This document shows positions 39,813 to 47,665 of a stretch of DNA of 64,000 nucleotides, in pieces; the first letter of the stretch is position 1, and each line of letters begins with the position of its first letter. Below the pieces are notes generated by a model. That model was not told the origin of the DNA, did not search any database, and saw nothing but the letters and a program-made list of their open reading frames with translations. Source of the DNA: a virus; the IMG/VR virus record IMGVR_UViG_3300021962_000054, positions 1-64,000 of that record; one strand, written 5' to 3'. A program made the position numbers and the translations under genes.

Positions 39813-41459
39813 ATGGCAGACGAACTAAATTTTCAAATACCGCCTCGAGGATATGATTCATATCTTAGAAATATTATTCCGGAAGAATTAGGAGTATTGG
39901 CTGGTGCTTTTGGCATCAGTATGCAGCAGATCAAAAATATAGAAAATATTGATCCGCAGACGTTTGCAAAAATTGTATACTCACTTGAAACAAATAACGG
40001 ACTACCTTTGACTAACGGTACTAATGTGCCGACTAATGCTTTTACTGTTGATGCCGCATTGAGAAAAGTTGCTATAGGTTCAGGCCTTTATGGCACATAT
40101 ACGCATAGTGATTTTATGGGCTCTATGACTGCATTGCCCTATGCATTACAAGACATTTATGATGGAATCAAAGAATTGCAAACTGATAGATTGATAGAAA
40201 TCTATAAAGAAATATGGGCTCTTTGCACGTATAGTCGCGCCATTATTAATATCACGTTTAGTCAATTTGATGAGTTAGAAAATCCATTACCACCTGAGGA
40301 ATTTAGAATTACAGGGGCAAGTATTTTATATCCAGGTGGAGGATATGATCCTAATAGTCCACCAATTTTAAAACAAGAACAGGGGCCGTACACACTACAA
40401 ATAGGTACATTGACTGTAGGTAATGATCCTAATGATGCTGCTACTTATAAAAGAATTACGGGCGTAACCCTACTACCTGCTTATCAAAATAAAATTATTA
40501 CCGGGGCTTTAATACCTAGAGTAGAACCAGACCCACCAAATGATGCGTTTGGTCCTATAGACGATTTTTGGCTACAACGTAACGAGAGAATAAACGAACT
40601 TATTATCGAGGCTGATGCTGAAATACAAAACATTTTATCAAGCAGCCCTGAGAATTTTGCAAGAGCAAAATTACTCAATGCTAATTGGTATCAGTTAGGC
40701 ACAGCACTAAAAATAGAACAAAGAGCAAGATACACTGCGGTACCACCGGTACCAATTCCAAGAGATCCTTTCTTAGCATTATATCCTACAGCATTGTACA
40801 ACTTTGTTGATGCACTACCCGAACTTGCAGCAAATACTATGCCGCATGGTCCGGCACAAAGTTTAGAAATGCTTGCTGACTTCTGTACTCCGGGCGGTCA
40901 AAGTATAGTAGCCATGATGCGTCAGGAACGTAATCAGCAAAGATTGGCAGAAATAGGAATCCCGTTAGATAACAACATTCCAAATTCTTTATCAGTCGAA
41001 GATCAGAGAGAATTGATGGCTAATGGAACGAAGTGTGGTGCAACTGATGAGGGCGGGGTGAACGCAGATAACGGTCTAAGTTTCCCTATGCCGGCATTCC
41101 CAAATACTGAGGCATGCGATGGTACAGTTTTGACTATAGAGAAAAATACCACTTATGATAATACAGAATCAGCGTTACGTCTCTATGAGGATGTCAAACC
41201 GGGCACAATCGCTCCGTTACTCGGTAACCCTGATTGTAGCGTAGTTGCCGGTCCACAAATACCGGTAGGTGACTCTGAACTTCTAAGTACAGGAATTCCT
41301 AGTTTCCTAGATTTAGATTTGAATGTTTCTATAGGAAATGTCATACCAGACAATCTAAACATCAACTACATTTCGGGCATATTGTTGCCTAGCCAATACG
41401 ATGTCAACGATGCTATCGATAAAGTCATAGAATGTAACTGTGATTGTTGGGTAAATTGA
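39813..41459 (+). CDS. Putative structural protein (hypothetical)
   Basis: 548-aa acidic ORF starting 2 nt after the previous stop; ends CNCDCW. Confidence 0.65.
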   Translation: MADELNFQIPPRGYDSYLRNIIPEELGVLAGAFGISMQQIKNIENIDPQTFAKIVYSLETNNGLPLTNGTNVPTNAFTVDAALRKVAIGSGLYGTYTHSDFMGSMTALPYALQDIYDGIKELQTDRLIEIYKEIWALCTYSRAIINITFSQFDELENPLPPEEFRITGASILYPGGGYDPNSPPILKQEQGPYTLQIGTLTVGNDPNDAATYKRITGVTLLPAYQNKIITGALIPRVEPDPPNDAFGPIDDFWLQRNERINELIIEADAEIQNILSSSPENFARAKLLNANWYQLGTALKIEQRARYTAVPPVPIPRDPFLALYPTALYNFVDALPELAANTMPHGPAQSLEMLADFCTPGGQSIVAMMRQERNQQRLAEIGIPLDNNIPNSLSVEDQRELMANGTKCGATDEGGVNADNGLSFPMPAFPNTEACDGTVLTIEKNTTYDNTESALRLYEDVKPGTIAPLLGNPDCSVVAGPQIPVGDSELLSTGIPSFLDLDLNVSIGNVIPDNLNINYISGILLPSQYDVNDAIDKVIECNCDCWVN

Positions 41460-41550
41460 TACCCAAAATAGTTGTATTATTATAATCAACAGCTTATGAT
41501 ACATACATAATGTACCAACTAAAGGCAGAGATTCTGCTGGAGGAAAAGGC

Positions 41551-42084
41551 ATGTTGAAACAATCGTTGATCGCCCTAAATATAGTTTTAGGTCTTATTTT
41601 CGTTTCATTTCTAACAACTGCTGTAGCAAATCATAAGTTTTCTGAATATAGAAACCGTGATTTCACAACAGAGTATATGACCGCAGCAGAAGTAGAGAAG
41701 AATCTACAATGTCTTGCGATGAATATCTATAAAGAGGCTGGATACGAGCCGTTTGAGGGTAAGGTTGCTGTGGCGCAAGTCACAATGAATCGTGTTGAAA
41801 GCGATCAATTCCCAAACGATATCTGTTCAGTAGTACATCAAAAAAATAGATTTACTGAAAAGGTTGTATGCCAGTTTAGTTGGTATTGCGATAGCAAACA
41901 TCGTAATCGTCCCGTAGGTGAAGAAGCATACAACGAATCATACGAAGTAGCAAAGAAAGTTTTGTTAGAAAATTTTAGATTACAATCAGTTGAAGGTGCT
42001 TTATACTATCATGCCGACTACATCAAACCAAACTGGAAAAAGAAACGAGTTGCCAAGATCGGTCAACATATTTTCTATACATAA
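41551..42084 (+). CDS. SleB-like cell wall hydrolase (Hydrolase_2)
   Basis: CLAMNIYKEA..EP..GKVAVAQVTMNRV, CQFSW, ALYYHA, IGQHIFY; N-terminal TM. Confidence 0.9.
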   Translation: MLKQSLIALNIVLGLIFVSFLTTAVANHKFSEYRNRDFTTEYMTAAEVEKNLQCLAMNIYKEAGYEPFEGKVAVAQVTMNRVESDQFPNDICSVVHQKNRFTEKVVCQFSWYCDSKHRNRPVGEEAYNESYEVAKKVLLENFRLQSVEGALYYHADYIKPNWKKKRVAKIGQHIFYT

Positions 42085-42085
42085 T

Positions 42086-42421
42086 ATGAAACAATATATT
42101 TTCGTTTTAGTTGATAAAGTCAAACTGTTACTGAAGAACCTATATCAGGAATTCAAGAACAGCATCAAGGGCATCAGCATTGAAGGCATCAACTGGACAG
42201 CATTGCTCACATTACAAGCGATACTGTTGCCGTCATTGTTTGGATTGATGTCAGGTCTCACAGATGATGTGCCACCTATCGACATGGTCTTGATACTATA
42301 TGCTGCGCTAGCATTGTTCTATGTCAAGGCGATCATCGAAAAGAATGTTGTTAGCCTAATCATTATAGGCGCAGGATTTATCGGACAAAGTATTTTGATG
42401 GCTCTGATCTTCTTTAAATAG
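42086..42421 (+). CDS. Small multi-pass membrane protein
   Basis: Three hydrophobic segments; ATG right after the hydrolase stop. Confidence 0.65.
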   Translation: MKQYIFVLVDKVKLLLKNLYQEFKNSIKGISIEGINWTALLTLQAILLPSLFGLMSGLTDDVPPIDMVLILYAALALFYVKAIIEKNVVSLIIIGAGFIGQSILMALIFFK

Positions 42422-42424
42422 AAA

Positions 42425-42931
42425 GTGAGCGACGAACCTAAAAAAACAAACACAGCAAAAGGACGAGAGAGTTTCGACATAACAGTTGGAAACTCTCTTG
42501 TTTCCTTTTTCAATAGGAACATCACTGAATATCCTACAGAAGTAGGCGCACCTAAGTTTGATCTAGTTCCAGTAACTAAACAAAAAGATATCATGATCAA
42601 TGTGGCTAGATTACATGCTAGCCAAGAATATGATCGTATCATGGAACTAGTCAATGTCTTACAAAAGCAAGCACAGCAGATCAAACGCAGGCTTGAACTA
42701 ACAGACATGGTACATGGAGCAGAATACAAGTTTCAATTGTATCATAATCAATGCTACTGGTTGGTATGGGACCATACTAAAAATCTCTCAAGGCTAACAC
42801 CATTAGGACCTAATGATTGGGTGACTGGAGTACCTAGAGATTATGAGTACGTCTGTAGAGTAAGATGGTTGGGCGATTACACTTGGATCGAAGTCAACGA
42901 AGATGGCACAGATGGAATCCAAACACTTTGA
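42425..42931 (+). CDS. Hypothetical protein (DUF2452-like)
   Basis: YPTEVGAPKF...AEYKF...GPNDW...DYTW. Confidence 0.55.
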   Translation: MSDEPKKTNTAKGRESFDITVGNSLVSFFNRNITEYPTEVGAPKFDLVPVTKQKDIMINVARLHASQEYDRIMELVNVLQKQAQQIKRRLELTDMVHGAEYKFQLYHNQCYWLVWDHTKNLSRLTPLGPNDWVTGVPRDYEYVCRVRWLGDYTWIEVNEDGTDGIQTL

Positions 42932-43265
42932 TCTAGAACTTGAAATGATGAGTGCTGACTGGTTTCGCAATAAAGTGTGTGAAAGTGAAAGCTATGCACA
43001 AAACCTTTATGCTGCTATGTGTAATAATCAATTCGTAAAAAATGATGTATGGCCTATACTAGAAGATAAACGCTGGGGTTGTAGTTGGCGTTATGCGGGC
43101 GGAATCATTGCTGATCTACGCGAAGAAGGCGATTACATAGATTGGTATTGTAGCGGGATTGGAGCTGACAAGGATAACAAGTTTGTTAGTGAAGGTCATG
43201 TCACAGATGAAATACGAGATGATCTATTGAAACTAGGTTGGATAATTATAGTTAGCGAAGATTGA
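42903..43265 (+). CDS. Hypothetical phage protein
   Basis: YAQNLYAAMCNN, WGCSWRYAGGI.A, DYIDWYCSG. Confidence 0.65.
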   Translation: MAQMESKHFDLELEMMSADWFRNKVCESESYAQNLYAAMCNNQFVKNDVWPILEDKRWGCSWRYAGGIIADLREEGDYIDWYCSGIGADKDNKFVSEGHVTDEIRDDLLKLGWIIIVSED

Positions 43266-43276
43266 TAAATAACCAT

Positions 43277-43441
43277 ATGATAGATTTGCGTAATTTAGGT
43301 GGTGGGAAAAAATTGATAAAGGAAGTCATGGGCAAAAGTAAACCTGCCAACCAGCCATGGACAAAGCAAAATCAATATAAATCTGTCAAGAAACAGAAAA
43401 ACGTGTACAGCCCAGGTACGCGCCCTAAAAACATTTTCTAA
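43277..43441 (+). CDS. Small basic hypothetical protein (54 aa)
   Basis: ATG 5 nt after gataaata; MIDLRNLGGGKK... Confidence 0.5.
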   Translation: MIDLRNLGGGKKLIKEVMGKSKPANQPWTKQNQYKSVKKQKNVYSPGTRPKNIF

Positions 43442-43446
43442 ACATC

Positions 43447-43620
43447 ATGGATAAAGTAGAAAGTCCCTGCATCAGTGTATGCAGAGTAAAAAATGGAATA
43501 TGTATTGGCTGCTTTAGATCAAGTAAAGAGATCATGGAGTGGTACGATGCCGATACTCCTAGAAAAAAACAGATTGTAGAAGATGCCCGAACACGCAAAA
43601 AAACCTTTGAAGAAATGTGA
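43447..43620 (+). CDS. DUF1289-like Cys-rich small protein
   Basis: SPCISVC....CIGCFRS..EI..W. Confidence 0.75.
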   Translation: MDKVESPCISVCRVKNGICIGCFRSSKEIMEWYDADTPRKKQIVEDARTRKKTFEEM

Positions 43621-43780
43621 ATCTTGCCATACAGCTATAAAAAGTAAAAGTAAGTTACGATTTTTACTTCCTATAGTATGTGTTGCAATATTTGTATTTG
43701 CGGCGGTTGATCAATTTTTACTATAAATAAATTGGTCAAATGAAGGCAAGCTACATACTATTCATTTACAGGAGATAAAG

Positions 43781-44353
43781 ATGAAAACAGTCGGAGATAA
43801 GTTAGGTTCATTCGCAGTAACTGGTGTAAAGCCAGGTAAGTTGACCCCAGATGACGCTTTTGAAACAATTACGGATAAGAGTTTTGAAGGCAAGTGGAAG
43901 GTAATCGTTTACTATCCAAAAGATTTCACATTCGTCTGCCCAACTGAGATCGTTGCTTATGACAAACTAAACAAGGATTTCGCTGACCGTGACGCTGTAT
44001 TATTGATCGGTTCAACTGACAATGAATTCTGTAAGTTAGCATGGCGTTCAGCACATGAAGATTTGAAGAAGACCAATAGCTGGATGTTTGCTGACACACA
44101 ACGTGATTCATACAGCGACAGCGATGGTTGGAAGAATCTAAGCCTAGTCGATCAGTTAGGTGCATTCTATGCACCAGCCGGCGCAGCATTACGTGCCACT
44201 TTCATCGTTGATCCAGAGAACGTCATTCAGCACGTTACTGTCAACAACTTGAATGTTGGTCGTAGCCCAGAAGAAACATTGCGTGTATTAGACGCTTGCC
44301 AGACAGGCGAACTATGCCCATGTAATCGCACTATTGGTGGCGAGACACTATAA
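43781..44353 (+). CDS. ahpC: Peroxiredoxin AhpC
   Basis: YPKDFTFVCPTE, RATFIVDP, GR...ETLR, GELCPC; SD aggag. Confidence 0.95.
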   Translation: MKTVGDKLGSFAVTGVKPGKLTPDDAFETITDKSFEGKWKVIVYYPKDFTFVCPTEIVAYDKLNKDFADRDAVLLIGSTDNEFCKLAWRSAHEDLKKTNSWMFADTQRDSYSDSDGWKNLSLVDQLGAFYAPAGAALRATFIVDPENVIQHVTVNNLNVGRSPEETLRVLDACQTGELCPCNRTIGGETL

Positions 44354-44880
44354 TGCGCGGTTGGGTAGAAATTATCAAGGATAGCATTCCTGATCATAGC
44401 AAAGATATCAGATTGAATCTTGATAGTGTTATCAATCGTAGTCTATTGAGTGTAGAAGATACACATGCTTGCGCACTAACAGCAGCACTAGCAGCCGGCA
44501 ACGGTGAACTAGCATATGCTATCATGACAAGTGGCGAACTAGATAATTTCACAGCCGAGATGGAAGCAGCGAAAACTGCTGCTAGTCTTATGGGCATGAA
44601 TAATGTCTGGTATCCATTTGTTGAAATGTGTAACGATCCTGAACTAAAGGGACTACCTGCAGGACTACGCATGAATGCTTATGCTACACACGGTGGAGTA
44701 TCAAAGAAAAAGTTTGAACTCTATGCATTAGTAGCAAGTGCTATCGGTAAGTGTCATTTCTGTGTAAAGAATCACTATGATGTATTACGCAAAGAAGGCA
44801 TGACTGTACAAGAGTTGCATCACGCTGGTAAGATCGCTAGTGTTATCAATTCGATTGGAAAGGTCGCCCCACCAGTCTAA
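44353..44880 (+). CDS. ahpD: Alkyl hydroperoxide reductase AhpD
   Basis: KDIRLNL, MGMNNVWY, GKCHFCVKNH; coupled to ahpC. Confidence 0.92.
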   Translation: MRGWVEIIKDSIPDHSKDIRLNLDSVINRSLLSVEDTHACALTAALAAGNGELAYAIMTSGELDNFTAEMEAAKTAASLMGMNNVWYPFVEMCNDPELKGLPAGLRMNAYATHGGVSKKKFELYALVASAIGKCHFCVKNHYDVLRKEGMTVQELHHAGKIASVINSIGKVAPPV

Positions 44881-45447
44881 TCATTTCTTGCCTATAAGCA
44901 TATAGCGATCATATTTTAGATGATCATAGTCATAAGTTCGGCAACCTTCAAATAGAATATTCGATAAAGGATATTTCTGTTTGAAGGTTTCCATATCTGG
45001 AATATGATTACGAATTATCCAGTTTGGATATTGATTTTTTATTTCCGGCGAAAGATTTATAGTCTGTAGGCAAATTAGTTTCCCTTCAGGAACTAGGTCA
45101 TACCAGTCAATACCGATGTCTTCTACGCTAGTTGATACTATAACATCATATGATTTATAGTCTACGTCTTTTGCATCTTTACAAATATTGCTGACTTTTT
45201 GGTCTTTATTGATCATCCATGCATCATTGATTTGATTGGATTTAGATATTGACTCTATGTCAACATCATATCCGTCAATATGATTGTAAAGGTCTTGATT
45301 TCTAGCTAGGAGCATGAACGCTAAGACATTATACCAAGATCCTATTATGGCGACTGATTGTGGCTTTTCTGATAGTAACGGTTCTAAACTCTCACATAAC
45401 CAAAGCTTGCTTTGAATTTGCCCATGACTAAATGCTGAAAAATCCAT
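44881..45447 (-). CDS. Class I SAM-dependent methyltransferase-like protein
   Basis: AFSHGQIQSKLWL, IIGSWY, YDVD, VSTSVE, RYMLIG. Confidence 0.65.
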   Translation of the reverse strand: MDFSAFSHGQIQSKLWLCESLEPLLSEKPQSVAIIGSWYNVLAFMLLARNQDLYNHIDGYDVDIESISKSNQINDAWMINKDQKVSNICKDAKDVDYKSYDVIVSTSVEDIGIDWYDLVPEGKLICLQTINLSPEIKNQYPNWIIRNHIPDMETFKQKYPLSNILFEGCRTYDYDHLKYDRYMLIGKK

Positions 45448-45531
45448 ATTATTATTTACGATACAAATAAGGTTTTATAAATAAAGCGTGGACATAGTGT
45501 TCACATTTTCATTTATACCTAGGAGAAAAAA

Positions 45532-45747
45532 ATGAAGAATGTATTAGTACTTGGTTTAGCCGCTCTAGCATTAGTTGGTTGCGGTGCAAAGGAAGAAGCC
45601 GCAGTTGAAGCCGCAGCAGTTGAAGCACCTGTCGTAGAAGAAAATGCAGAGGCTGATGCCGCTGCTGTATTGGAAGAGGCAAAGGTTGCTGCTGAAGAGA
45701 ATCAGGCTGAAAAGTCTGTAGCAGACGGCGAAGCACAACCAGAGTAA
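45532..45747 (+). CDS. Small acidic lipoprotein
   Basis: Signal peptide with lipobox LVGC; SD aggag; tataaata at 45476. Confidence 0.8.
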   Translation: MKNVLVLGLAALALVGCGAKEEAAVEAAAVEAPVVEENAEADAAAVLEEAKVAAEENQAEKSVADGEAQPE

Positions 45748-45748
45748 G

Positions 45749-45756
45749 TATAAATA
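45749..45756 (+). promoter_or_regulatory. T4-type late promoter TATAAATA
   Basis: Exact T4 late consensus 5 nt before the leader ATG. Confidence 0.65.
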
Positions 45757-45761
45757 AAGTC

Positions 45762-45848
45762 ATGTTCAATAACTCACATATATGGCAAAGTACTACCCAG
45801 CAAGAAATGGGTAAAGACCTATGTGCCTATACAGGAGACATAGCGTAA
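45762..45848 (+). CDS. Putative leader peptide MFNNSHIWQSTTQQEMGKDLCAYTGDIA
   Basis: 28-codon ORF between a late promoter and a terminator; 24 distinct codons. Confidence 0.5.
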   Translation: MFNNSHIWQSTTQQEMGKDLCAYTGDIA

Positions 45849-45890
45849 CCGGAGTGTAAGTTGTTGATTTGATTAGACTTTCGACCCCGG
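45849..45890 (+). promoter_or_regulatory. Putative antiterminator hairpin
   Basis: ccggagt/accccgg (6 of 7 pairs) plus aagtt/gactt; overlaps the terminator 5' arm. Confidence 0.45.
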
Positions 45891-45912
45891 GCATAAAAAA
45901 CCCGGGGTTTTT
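45884..45912 (+). terminator. Intrinsic terminator (attenuator candidate)
   Basis: accccggg-cataaaaaa-cccggggt followed by a T run. Confidence 0.85.
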
Positions 45913-45923
45913 CGTTTTATCTA

Positions 45924-45951
45924 TTGACTTTGTTTAGAAATCGTATATAAT
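45924..45951 (+). promoter_or_regulatory. Sigma70-type promoter upstream of the tRNA array
   Basis: TTGACT-16 nt-TATAAT. Confidence 0.7.
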
Positions 45952-45957
45952 GCTTAG

Positions 45958-46181
45958 ATAGTGTTGAAAGGGGAACGAGGCTCCGCGAGACACTTTAAAA
46001 TTATCGCATACGGGCGGACAGTATACATGAAAGGGTTGGCGACAACTACCCAAGTAAGACTACTGACTAGGGCTTGACCCTAGTATAGCAAAGGAAACTT
46101 TGCTATTCTGTAAACATATACAAGAAAGAGGCCCCAGGCCCCTGACGCATGGAAAAGGCATTGTGTATGTTTACAGAATAG
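45958..46181 (+). ncRNA. Structured leader/ncRNA candidate before the first tRNA
   Basis: agtgtt/gacact with possible gcga/tcgc pseudoknot; cagta/tactg; ctaggg/ccctag; tagcaaag/ctttgcta; 21-bp stem 46103-46181. Confidence 0.45.
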
Positions 46182-46193
46182 TAAATAGATTGC

Positions 46194-46269
46194 GCCCCGG
46201 TAGCTCAGTTGGTAGAGCAGCGGATTAGTAACCCGCAGGTCGGAAGTTCAACCCTTCTCTGGGGCACCA
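46194..46269 (+). tRNA. trnT: tRNA-Thr(AGT)
   Basis: Cloverleaf GCCCCGG/CTGGGGC, loop TT-AGT-AA, ends ACCA. Confidence 0.85.
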
Positions 46270-46276
46270 TTTTTTT

Positions 46277-47020
46277 ATGAAGTATACTTTAGGACCTATA
46301 GACAGACAAAAAGAATTAGATTTTCATCTTATTCCTTTTAGGAATAAAGGCTTGACTGTGCCAGGCATTTTAGGTGGATACACTAAGTTGGGTGTATACT
46401 TTTCTGGTGGGTTAGATTCTACGATTACATTATGTTTGATACTTGATGAATTGCGTAAATCAAGAAAAATAGAAGAAGTTTCAGTAACATGTTTTACTGT
46501 AGTCAAAACATCTGGCTCTACTTATTATGCTAGTAGGATGCTAGAAAAGGTCAGAAAAGTATTTGATTGTGATATAAATCATATCACTAACTTAGATAAT
46601 CCTGATATTGATAAAACACCGACACCCTTGTCGTTTTCAACGATAGCAGAGTTGGTTGGTCAATATAAAGATACATTATTTTTTACAGGACTGATGTCTT
46701 ATCCTGATAGCAAAGAAAAAGATTTTGTATATAAAGAGTCGATGAGCAATATTCCTAATATTGGATTGCGGAATTACAAGGTGGTACAACCTTTGACTCA
46801 TTTATATAAATATCATGTAGTTGATTTGTACTATCAAATGAATCTTGATAGCCTCATACCTTACACTCATACATGTACAAAACAATCCATAGGTACTTGT
46901 AATATGTGTACGGGATGCGAAGAAAGACAGTGGGCGTTTGATGTTCTCAGTAAAACTGACCCTGAACCTATAATGCCTGACATCGAGGATCTGTCAAATA
47001 ACGGCAGTTGGAAATTTTAG
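46277..47020 (+). CDS. QueC-like PP-loop ATP pyrophosphatase
   Basis: FSGGLDS; PL..L.K; THTC......CNMCTGC.ER..AF. Confidence 0.7.
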   Translation: MKYTLGPIDRQKELDFHLIPFRNKGLTVPGILGGYTKLGVYFSGGLDSTITLCLILDELRKSRKIEEVSVTCFTVVKTSGSTYYASRMLEKVRKVFDCDINHITNLDNPDIDKTPTPLSFSTIAELVGQYKDTLFFTGLMSYPDSKEKDFVYKESMSNIPNIGLRNYKVVQPLTHLYKYHVVDLYYQMNLDSLIPYTHTCTKQSIGTCNMCTGCEERQWAFDVLSKTDPEPIMPDIEDLSNNGSWKF

Positions 47021-47025
47021 TTTAT

Positions 47026-47100
47026 GGACCCATCGTCTAACGGTTAGGACTCAGCCCTTTCACGGCTGCAATAGGGATTCGAATTCCCTTGGGTTCACCA
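47026..47100 (+). tRNA. trnE: tRNA-Glu(TTC)
   Basis: Cloverleaf, CT-TTC-AC, CCA. Confidence 0.93.
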
Positions 47101-47172
47101 TATTTTTGTGGTAAGATGATTGATTAGGCATCATCACGATAGTTCGCGGGTGTGCGGGCGACTATCACTTTT

Positions 47173-47246
47173 CCCGGGTTGGTCTATCGGTATGACAGCG
47201 GTCTCCAAAACCGTTAGGGGCGGTTCGACTCCGTCACTCGGGGCCA
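47173..47246 (+). tRNA. trnW: tRNA-Trp(CCA)
   Basis: Cloverleaf, CT-CCA-AA, GCCA. Confidence 0.9.
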
Positions 47247-47252
47247 TTTTAT

Positions 47253-47326
47253 TGAGGCGTCGTCTAACGGCAGGACAGCAGGTTTTGATCCTGCTTATCG
47301 TGGTTCGAATCCATGCGCCTCAGCCA
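47253..47326 (+). tRNA. trnQ: tRNA-Gln(TTG)
   Basis: Cloverleaf, U1-A72, TT-TTG-AT, GCCA. Confidence 0.93.
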
Positions 47327-47464
47327 GGCTTGATGACCTGCAGGCATGTCTGACGGGTTCATCCTATCAGTGTGAGGGCTTTTCCGTTTCGGTAGCACTG
47401 ATTGATATATGAGGTAGAACGGAATGTAAACCATATGTTGTAACCATATGGTTAAGAACAAGCC
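47327..47464 (+). ncRNA. Pseudoknotted ncRNA candidate A
   Basis: ggcttg/caagcc closing stem; atcagtg/cactgat; ttccgtt/aacggaa pseudoknot; aaccatatg/catatggtt. Confidence 0.5.
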
Positions 47465-47468
47465 TTAG

Positions 47469-47607
47469 ATGGTAGTTACTGGTATAATGCGAGGTTGTCT
47501 GTTAGTAGCGTGAATACAACAAATGGAAACAGAATAGTCTATGTTGCGTGGGGGCATAGATGAAACTAAACTGAATGGTTGATAGCCGTGCGGTTAGCCC
47601 ACGCCAT
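47469..47607 (+). ncRNA. Pseudoknotted ncRNA candidate B
   Basis: tagtt/aacta, tctgtt/aacaga, tctatgt/gcataga; loop gcgtggg can pair with cccacgc at 47598. Confidence 0.45.
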
Positions 47608-47665
47608 ATTAGTTGTAATGTAATTATATTATGTTATAATTAGTATCTAACAACAGGAGATATTT

